In this document: piece after piece, positions 39,682-46,011 of the stretch | Layout: the number at the start of each line of letters is the position of its first letter | Position numbering within the stretch: position 1 is the stretch's first letter | Position numbers and translations under genes: made by a program | Virus record (IMG/VR): IMGVR_UViG_3300028048_000076 | Length of the DNA stretch: 64,000 nucleotides | Strand: one strand, 5' to 3' | Origin: a virus | Taxonomy: Duplodnaviria > Heunggongvirae > Uroviricota > Caudoviricetes | Notes under the pieces: generated by a model | Databases searched by the model: none | What the model saw: only the letters and a program-made list of their open reading frames with translations | Told to the model about the DNA's origin: nothing

Positions 39682-39758
39682 GACAATCAATTTTGCAAAC
39701 CTTCTCGTGGTGATTGTCGTAAGTATACATTTTTTGAAATGTAGAAACAAATTGCAAA
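39682..39758 (+). ncRNA. HDV-like ribozyme 3
   Basis: P1 GACAATC/GATTGTC, P2 TTTGCAA/TTGCAAA, P3 ACC/GGT, L3 TTCTCGT, P4 TACATTT/AAATGTA, J4/2 GAAACAAA. Confidence 0.85.
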
Positions 39759-39803
39759 TAAAACTGTAAACTATATGTATTTAATAGTTACCAAACAAAA
39801 ATG

Positions 39804-39942
39804 TTTTTGCATAAACAACTTCCTTTCAGTCTTGCAAAACTATTTTAGTTGTCGCAAAAATAAATATAAAAATTTAATAACGGCATAAATAGCTTCCTTT
39901 TGAAAAATTATTTATGGGAAAGTAATTTAGTTATCGCCGTTA
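39804..39942 (+). repeat. Anti-SD hairpin motif, copies a (39804-39860) and b (39878-39942)
   Basis: stem-ATAA-6bp-TCCTTT...TT-6bp-C-stem. Confidence 0.75.
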
Positions 39943-39948
39943 ATATAT

Positions 39949-40022
39949 GCACTTCTAGTTTAATGGTAAAACTTCGGTTTTGTAAACCGACAATATCAGT
40001 TCAATTCTGATGGGGTGCTCCA
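39949..40022 (+). tRNA. tRNA-Thr(TGT)
   Basis: Cloverleaf, TT-TGT-AA loop, CCA. Confidence 0.9.
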
Positions 40023-40027
40023 ATAAT

Positions 40028-40100
40028 GGCTCGTTGGTCTAGTGGTCTAGGACATTACTCTTTCAAGGTAGTAACAGCAGTTCAAATCTGCTACGAGTCA
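40028..40100 (+). tRNA. tRNA-Glu(TTC), no encoded CCA
   Basis: Cloverleaf, CT-TTC-AA loop; a ribozyme starts right after the discriminator. Confidence 0.9.
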
Positions 40101-40167
40101 GTCACTCAAAGCATTAGCCTTTACGTTGGCGAGTGACATAAGTAGGTTAACCGAAACTAATAATGCT
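40101..40167 (+). ncRNA. HDV-like (theta) ribozyme 4
   Basis: P1 GTCACTC/GAGTGAC, P2 AGCATTA/TAATGCT, P3 GCC/GGC, J4/2 GAAACTAA. Confidence 0.85.
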
Positions 40168-40170
40168 AAA

Positions 40171-40298
40171 AGTCTTGTGACGAAATAGGTAAACGTTATG
40201 TGTAACTTGACACAAACCTTGGCAGTGTGGTTCGATTCCACGATACAAGAATGGAGAAAGCAAGGGATAATGTAAGGTGCAAATCCTTACCAAGACTT
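40171..40298 (+). ncRNA. tRNA-like RNA with two T-arms
   Basis: Acceptor AGTCTTG/CAAGACT, D-arm, internal GTGGTTCGATTCCAC and terminal GTAAGGTGCAAATCCTTAC; no canonical 7-nt anticodon loop. Confidence 0.65.
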
Positions 40299-40390
40299 TT
40301 GTAATTAAAGATATTAAGCTAACATCTTCCCCACTTGTGAACCTGAGATGTAAAGATTGTACAGATATAGGATATAATCAGCTTCATAAT

Positions 40391-40465
40391 ACCTTGGGTG
40401 CGTGTAATGGTAACACGGCTAGACTGTGAATCTAGTAATATGGGTTCGAATCCCATCCCTCGGAC
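40391..40465 (+). tRNA. tRNA-His(GTG), mismatched acceptor stem, no CCA
   Basis: CT-GTG-AA loop, intact T-arm; acceptor CCTTGGG/CCCTCGG has two mismatches. Confidence 0.7.
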
Positions 40466-40537
40466 GGTTTTCTTAAACATCAACCTTCTCGTGGTGAAAA
40501 CTGTAAGTAATCATTTATGATAAAACTAATAGATGTT
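40466..40537 (+). ncRNA. HDV-like (theta) ribozyme 5
   Basis: P1 GGTTTTC/GAAAACT, P3 ACC/GGT, L3 TTCTCGT, P4 ATCAT/ATGAT, P2 AACATC/GATGTT. Confidence 0.85.
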
Positions 40538-40540
40538 AAA

Positions 40541-40608
40541 AAAAGACAAAAAGCACTTCCTTTTGCTAATGCGCCGATTTGTTAAATCGTTTTTAGTGCT
40601 CGTCTTTT
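40541..40608 (+). repeat. Anti-SD hairpin motif, copy c
   Basis: AAAGAC-AAAA-AGCACT-TCCTTT...AGTGCT-C-GTCTTT. Confidence 0.75.
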
Positions 40609-40613
40609 AAAAA

Positions 40614-40690
40614 GGCCCTATAGTTTAGTTGGTCAAAACATCGCCCTGTCACGGCGAAGACCATCGGTTCAAGTCCGATTAGGGTCGCCA
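40614..40690 (+). tRNA. tRNA-Asp(GTC)
   Basis: Cloverleaf, CT-GTC-AC loop, CCA. Confidence 0.92.
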
Positions 40691-40695
40691 AATAT

Positions 40696-40772
40696 GTGTC
40701 AGTAGCTCAGTTGGTAGTAGCAACAGACTTTTAATCTGTAGGTCGTGGATTCAAGTTCCACCTGACACACCA
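40696..40772 (+). tRNA. tRNA-Lys(TTT)
   Basis: Cloverleaf, CT-TTT-AA loop, CCA. Confidence 0.92.
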
Positions 40773-40778
40773 TATTAT

Positions 40779-40859
40779 TCCGCAGTGATGAAATGGTAGA
40801 CATGCTTGACTGTTAATCAAGTGCCGAAAGGCGTGTAGGTTCGAGTCCTACTTGCGGAG
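40779..40859 (+). tRNA. tRNA-Asn(GTT) with long variable arm, no CCA
   Basis: CT-GTT-AA loop, variable arm GCC-GAAA-GGC, G discriminator. Confidence 0.85.
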
Positions 40860-40931
40860 GTTATTCGATAACATCAACCTTTACGTGGTGAATAACATAA
40901 GTAATCATTTATGATGAAACTAATAGATGTT
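40860..40931 (+). ncRNA. HDV-like (theta) ribozyme 6
   Basis: P1 GTTATTC/GAATAAC, P3 ACC/GGT, L3 TTTACGT, P4 ATCAT/ATGAT, J4/2 GAAACTAA. Confidence 0.88.
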
Positions 40932-40935
40932 AAAA

Positions 40936-40990
40936 TAAAGACATAAAACACTTCCTTTTACAACAGGTGTTTGGTTAGTGTTCGTCTTTA
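40936..40990 (+). repeat. Anti-SD hairpin motif, copy d
   Basis: AAAGAC-ATAA-AACACT-TCCTTT...AGTGTT-C-GTCTTT. Confidence 0.75.
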
Positions 40991-40996
40991 AAAAAA

Positions 40997-41083
40997 GCGA
41001 GGATGGCGAAATCAGGCATACGCACAGAGTTTAAGCCTCTGCGGTTTTATACCATGTGGGTTCGACCCCCACTCTTCGCACCA
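40997..41083 (+). tRNA. tRNA-Leu(TAA)
   Basis: Class II cloverleaf, TT-TAA-GC loop, CCA. Confidence 0.9.
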
Positions 41084-41084
41084 T

Positions 41085-41168
41085 GCCCTTGTGCTGAAAT
41101 TGGCAGACAGGGTGCGCTCAAAACGCACTGATGGTAACATCGTACAGGTTCAAATCCTGTCAGGGGCA
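41085..41168 (+). tRNA. tRNA-Leu(CAA), no CCA
   Basis: Class II cloverleaf, CT-CAA-AA loop, A discriminator followed by a ribozyme. Confidence 0.9.
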
Positions 41169-41239
41169 GTTATCCAATAACATCAACCTTTACGTGGTGG
41201 ATAATATAAGTAATTCATAAGAATGAAACTAATGATGTT
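41169..41239 (+). ncRNA. HDV-like (theta) ribozyme 7
   Basis: P1 GTTATCC/GGATAAT, P2 AACATCA/TGATGTT, P3 ACC/GGT, P4 ATTC/GAAT. Confidence 0.88.
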
Positions 41240-41244
41240 AAATG

Positions 41245-41705
41245 CTTTGTGGAAATGGCAACTGATTTCAACGAAACAAACGTATTGTACCTTCGATTGA
41301 GATTACAGTTGAGAGTATTAAATCAAAGTAATCATGCTAGTACCCCATTTTGGACACACTAGGAATTTTGCTTAATGACTGTGGAGATTGATTATCGTAG
41401 AAGCAGTAAAACACCACACAAATTATGGGCTTTATTAAGGTTAGCGTCTTATGAAGTCGAATCGAATCCGAACTAAATCGTATAATCGCCCACACATAAC
41501 GCTAATGTGATGGAGAAATACGATGGAAGGCCCTTTTGGCACGAGGGTACGGATATGGTATGCAGAGAACTACAACCTGTCAGTGAGTTATCAGCTGCGA
41601 ATGTAGCCGTAGAATACCGCGAGAGCGTATCGAGGGAGAAGGCGAACTCTCGACGTTAGGTGTAAAATACGCAAGAGGTTATGATGCCACATAACTTCGT
41701 CTTTA
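41245..41705 (+). ncRNA. Candidate large ornate RNA (ROOL/GOLLD class)
   Basis: ~460 nt with no ORF, more GC-rich than its flanks, many helices (GGGC/GCCC, TTAGCGT/ACGCTAA, TCGAG/CTCGA, AGTTATG-type), inside the tRNA array. Confidence 0.45.
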
Positions 41706-41706
41706 T

Positions 41707-41797
41707 GGAGCAGTACCCAAGTGGTTATAAGGGAACAGTCTTGAAAACTGTGAGGTCGCAGTGATGCGGTGCGTGAGTTCGAATCTCACCTGCTCTT
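41707..41797 (+). tRNA. tRNA-Ser(TGA), no CCA
   Basis: Class II cloverleaf, CT-TGA-AA loop. Confidence 0.88.
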
Positions 41798-41798
41798 C

Positions 41799-41867
41799 GT
41801 TGTTCATTGTATCAGCCTTTTCGTGGCGAACAACATAAGTAATCAAAATGATGAAACCAATGATACT
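41799..41867 (+). ncRNA. HDV-like (theta) ribozyme 8
   Basis: P1 GTTGTTC/GAACAAC, P2 GTATCA/TGATAC, P3 GCC/GGC, L3 TTTTCGT, J4/2 GAAACCAA. Confidence 0.85.
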
Positions 41868-41883
41868 ATTAAATATAATTAAT

Positions 41884-41958
41884 GCGAATATAATTTAATG
41901 GTTAGAATCTCAGTCTTCCAAACTGATTGTGTCGGTTCGATTCCGACTATTCGCTCCA
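41884..41958 (+). tRNA. tRNA-Gly(TCC)
   Basis: CT-TCC-AA loop, U discriminator, CCA. Confidence 0.9.
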
Positions 41959-41962
41959 TAAT

Positions 41963-42049
41963 GGGTAGGTGTGATAAGCGGCGAAATCAGCGGACTGTAA
42001 ATCCGTGACACTAGAAACATCGAAGGTTCGAGTCCTTCCCTGCCCACCA
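41963..42049 (+). tRNA. tRNA-Tyr(GTA)
   Basis: CT-GTA-AA loop, long variable arm, CCA. Confidence 0.9.
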
Positions 42050-42128
42050 CGTTACCGAAGAGAAATTACTTTAACGTAGTGGTAACGTTAAGTATGTATT
42101 TTAACAATACAGAAACTAAAAATTTCTC
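42050..42128 (+). ncRNA. HDV-like (theta) ribozyme 9
   Basis: P1 CGTTACC/GGTAACG, P2 GAGAAATT/AATTTCTC, P3 ACT/AGT, L3 TTAACGT, P4 TGTATT/AATACA; starts right after CCA. Confidence 0.8.
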
Positions 42129-42282
42129 ATATAAATATTTTTTTGGCTGACGAAGCCACTCTAAAAATATTTTGGAGTGTAGCACATTAATGTGCTACTA
42201 TTTAATTTGCTTAATTAAGAAATGGTAAACGGACTTCAATTATCTGAATGCTCCCAAAAAACCTTTCTTTAAAAAAAATATA

Positions 42283-42417
42283 TTTTGGCATAAATAACTT
42301 CCTTTTTTTTACAGCTAAATGAAAAACACTTGTTTAGTTATCGCCAAAACAAGATTTCAAGTATGGCAAAAAATAGTTCCTTTTCTTATTTATCAGATAC
42401 TATAGAAATGCCGTTAT
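42283..42417 (+). repeat. Anti-SD hairpin motif, copies e (42283-42349) and f (42362-42417, degenerate)
   Basis: TTTTGGC-ATAA-ATAACT-TCCTTT...AGTTAT-C-GCCAAAA. Confidence 0.7.
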
Positions 42418-42958
42418 AACGGCATTTCACCATTACTATTCGCCATGCAAAAATAACGGGTCGTTGAAAAATTGCGAAAAAGCACAGCAATCTTCATTTT
42501 GTGATACCTCCCTTTCATAAGATATAAATACGGCATATATAGACTGTGTTAAGTAACAATGAAGTAAACTGCTAATAAGTGGAATGAACTGTGAGAAATC
42601 CTTAATGAATTAAATCCCTCTTACAATTACAATGTTGAATATCCCATAGAATGTGAATGTGGGTTTAAAATATTCGTTCAATTTTTAACTAAGGATTATA
42701 ATTGAAAAATAGTGAATGATGGATAAAGTTCATGTTGTTGTGAGTCTACACAAAATGGCAGTTTTGTGTAGTTAAATGTGTATTTGGGAATTTCGTTTAA
42801 ACACTTCTCGATAAGTCAAAGTTGTTTTTGATATTTTCAACTTTAAAATAAAAAAAATACATTTTCACAAAAAGGTTCGTGGTGTGTACCAACAAACCCT
42901 TTCTTTTAAAAAGAGTATTAGATAATCTAATACTCTTTTTTGATTATTACAATTATAG

Positions 42959-43480
42959 GTGATTAATGTGAATTTTATAATAAGGAAACAATTAAAAGAT
43001 TTGTTGGATAAAGCGAAAACTATTACAGAAAGAATTTCAAATACTTACATAAATAATGTTATTACTACAGAATACCATCAATCTATGGATTCAGGTGGGG
43101 CAATAGAAAAATGTATAATGGATAGAACGGCAACAAATTTACCTCCAAAAATAGGTACAGATATTAATACTACAAAAATTAGTTATAGTAGGAGTAGTAG
43201 TTCGCCATTTAGTTTGATTATTCAACCTCAATATGTTTTTATTGGTGGTTATGGGTCAAAGATGGGTAGAGCAACTTTGACTTTCGTAGATAATGTAACA
43301 ATATATGTTTATTTGTCAAGAGATAAAGATAAATATGGCGTTATTAATATTGAACAATATGACCGTTTGTTAGGTGGGGATGATAGAGATATTCATTTTT
43401 CTCGCGTGTTAGTTATGCGTGTTCAAACTAATTTGAATGGTATCACAGATGTTCATTGTTATGATGTAGGCAATTATTAA
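42959..43480 (+). CDS. Short paralog of the two downstream putative receptor-binding proteins
   Basis: Shares NLPPKIG and (F/L)(I/L)GGY...IY(V/L)YL motifs. Confidence 0.7.
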   Translation: MINVNFIIRKQLKDLLDKAKTITERISNTYINNVITTEYHQSMDSGGAIEKCIMDRTATNLPPKIGTDINTTKISYSRSSSSPFSLIIQPQYVFIGGYGSKMGRATLTFVDNVTIYVYLSRDKDKYGVINIEQYDRLLGGDDRDIHFSRVLVMRVQTNLNGITDVHCYDVGNY

Positions 43481-43497
43481 AAAAGATGTGAAAAATA

Positions 43498-45999
43498 ATG
43501 GGAAATACAATAAATAAAAGATTAAAAGAAATAAAAACAAATATTGAAAGTGCTTTTACTACAGTTACAAACAATACATTTATAAATGAAATAAAGAATC
43601 AAATCAATACATTAACAACCAATACCACAAATAGCAATGCGAATATCACAAAAATGATTGTGGAAGCATCCTTTAGCAATTTGCCACCGAAAATTGGCTA
43701 TTTAGATGAAACAACTGTACCAATCAATGCTAATTTTAATATGTCGTATAATGAAGTATCAGGTCTTGCTTGGTGGGCTATTGGCGACTTGGAAGGTCGA
43801 GAAAATTTATATTTCCGTGGTTCTCCTTCAGGTGGTCAAGGACGAGCAATATATAGATGTAGTCGAAGTTCTCTTAGTGCAGGCAGTGTTTTTACATTTG
43901 AGAACGAGCCAATTACAGTTCCATCAGCAGGTATTACATTAGATAACATTTATGGATTGGATAATTATTATATGTTTGCACATGCTCAAAATGGCAAATA
44001 TTATCGAGTGGCAATAAATAACACTTCTAATACAAAAAAATGGAGTGCTGTTGAGATTACAACGTTGGTAAATAATTGTAGTGGGTTTTGCAATTGTTTG
44101 TATTTTCCTACTGTTGATAAGTATCTTGTTTTGTGTAATCGTAGCAATCAAATATATTTGACTGTATGTAATGGAAATCAAAGTGTTGAATGGGAAGATA
44201 TGATTGTTAATATCAATGGTATGAAATATAGTGACCCTGCTCAGAAGGATTACACAACATCAAACGGTGTATATGATACAGGAATGTGTTATATTGAAGA
44301 TAAAAATATACTTTTGGTTTGCATTCATGCACAATTATATGTGTGGAATGCAGAAAGAGTACAAGTTCAACACAATGTGCAAGGTGGATATACAGATTGG
44401 TTGAATTTTTATCCTAAGAGCTTATTAACGAAGAATTATTTTACAAGAACGAAATGGAATATGGGGGCAGCTTTTTACAATGATTTAAATAATTCTAACG
44501 GATATTGTGGAACAGGCAAATATGCATTGACAAGAAATTGGAGCAATCATACCGTTACTTATGATACAGTTAATCATAAATTGTATTATCAATGGGTTGG
44601 TCGTGATGAAACCGTAAATCGTATTTATCGTGTATCAGAAGATAAATTAGACATGGTTTGTAAAGGAGCAGGAATTTTAACAAACAATTGTGAAATGGCA
44701 CAAGAAATTATGTCACCTGATACTTCGCCTTGGTCGAAGCGCAATTATTGTCCATCAGTTATTTATGACAATGTATATTTATATGCAGAATCAAAAAGTT
44801 ATGGATTTAGAGAAACAGCAATTATTCCTGAAGCTTCAAGTACGTCAGGTATTTATAATGTAACAGCAGGTAGTTGGACAATCAATAATTCAGATGTTAA
44901 TTGGAATTTGCCAAATGGTCAATATTGTTGTGTTCGTGAGGATTTTAATTCTGTTGATGGTTGTAGCGTTTATGCTCTTAGAAGTGACGGAACAAATTTA
45001 ATCGTTTCGAGAATAGCACATCAAGAAATTAAAGATAAAAAAGGCGTTAATCGAGATTATGCTTTATACAATAGTGGTGTTGTTAAAACATTTAAAGTGC
45101 CAAATACATTAACAGATATGTGGAATTTTCCACGTTGTGTAGGTTGGTCTTATCATTCTAATAGTTTTGATGGGAAATCAAGATTGATTGTATTTGGTAA
45201 TAGCCATGCAGATAGAATTATTAATAAGGTAAGTGGTGGTTGGGCAATTAAAAATACAAAACAAATGCTTACAGGTTATGTGATTAATGAAGATGGTAGT
45301 TATATGACTGTTAGTTTGCCACAAGCCATCCAAAACATGTTTAAACAACACGCAAATGATATTTATCCTTGGATTGATTTGTGTGATTTGAGTCGAAATT
45401 CATTTTTGGATAATGATGGTCGTTCTTTCTATTTGTCATTTCATAGATGTTGGCAAGAAGGTGGTTACGATTATCGCGCATATAGATTTAGGTTTAATAC
45501 AACTTTTACTGCTATTGAAGATTGGGAAGAATTGGCAGGTTCAGTTGGTGGATGGAATGGATATGAAACGTTAAGTTGGAGCAAAAAATATGGATATGTT
45601 AGAACTTATGCTGACCGAATTAATGCCTGTGTAAGATATGCTCCAACAATGAAAGACGCTATTCAGGGAACAAATAGTACAACAATGACTTTTCCTAATG
45701 GTGGTTCTGTTGGTTTAATTACATACGTTCAAAGTTTCCCTATATTTTTAGGTGGGTATTTTTCCATTGTACCTGAACAAGAAATTTATTTATATGCAAA
45801 TAAAACAAATTATATTTATCTTGCACGAGATTTAAATGATTATCGAAAAGTAAATGTAGAAGTATATGATAAATTATTGGGTACTGAAAATAAATCTAAT
45901 GGTATAAATTTCCAACGAATATTAGTTACTAAAATTGTTTGTGATGACAAAGGCCCTATTAGTCAGGAATATTATCACATTCAATATTATGGTCAATAA
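43498..45999 (+). CDS. Putative virion receptor-binding/fibre protein
   Basis: 833 aa, Asn/Tyr/Gly/Trp-rich beta-type composition, conserved termini shared with paralogs. Confidence 0.55.
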   Translation: MGNTINKRLKEIKTNIESAFTTVTNNTFINEIKNQINTLTTNTTNSNANITKMIVEASFSNLPPKIGYLDETTVPINANFNMSYNEVSGLAWWAIGDLEGRENLYFRGSPSGGQGRAIYRCSRSSLSAGSVFTFENEPITVPSAGITLDNIYGLDNYYMFAHAQNGKYYRVAINNTSNTKKWSAVEITTLVNNCSGFCNCLYFPTVDKYLVLCNRSNQIYLTVCNGNQSVEWEDMIVNINGMKYSDPAQKDYTTSNGVYDTGMCYIEDKNILLVCIHAQLYVWNAERVQVQHNVQGGYTDWLNFYPKSLLTKNYFTRTKWNMGAAFYNDLNNSNGYCGTGKYALTRNWSNHTVTYDTVNHKLYYQWVGRDETVNRIYRVSEDKLDMVCKGAGILTNNCEMAQEIMSPDTSPWSKRNYCPSVIYDNVYLYAESKSYGFRETAIIPEASSTSGIYNVTAGSWTINNSDVNWNLPNGQYCCVREDFNSVDGCSVYALRSDGTNLIVSRIAHQEIKDKKGVNRDYALYNSGVVKTFKVPNTLTDMWNFPRCVGWSYHSNSFDGKSRLIVFGNSHADRIINKVSGGWAIKNTKQMLTGYVINEDGSYMTVSLPQAIQNMFKQHANDIYPWIDLCDLSRNSFLDNDGRSFYLSFHRCWQEGGYDYRAYRFRFNTTFTAIEDWEELAGSVGGWNGYETLSWSKKYGYVRTYADRINACVRYAPTMKDAIQGTNSTTMTFPNGGSVGLITYVQSFPIFLGGYFSIVPEQEIYLYANKTNYIYLARDLNDYRKVNVEVYDKLLGTENKSNGINFQRILVTKIVCDDKGPISQEYYHIQYYGQ

Positions 46000-46011
46000 G
46001 GAGGTGACAGA

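Noticed and set aside
40860-40931. TGATGAAAC as a hammerhead ribozyme core
   Set aside because: There is no CUGAUGA with three-way stems or a cleavage triplet. The nested double pseudoknot fits all copies.
38918-41705. tmRNA, RNase P RNA or rRNA
   Set aside because: I found no tmRNA tRNA-like ends or tag frame, no RNase P P4 signature and no rRNA sequence.
41884-41958. tRNA-Trp(CCA)
   Set aside because: Centring the 7-nt loop gives TCC, and the U discriminator fits Gly.
39272-42049. Stop-codon recoding or suppressor tRNA
   Set aside because: No CTA, TTA or TCA anticodon is present, and genes are full length in the standard code.
39682-42128. Recurring ACCTT..CGTGG...TAAGTA...GAAACTAA as a CRISPR array
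   Set aside because: Spacing is irregular, the copies covary rather than stay identical, the intervening sequences are tRNAs and there are no cas genes. The HDV fold explains them.
39804-42349. Minus-strand peptides starting in the anti-SD hairpins as type I toxins
   Set aside because: The predicted peptides are 3-16 aa, unrelated to each other and lack a consistent TM helix; the conservation is structural, not coding.
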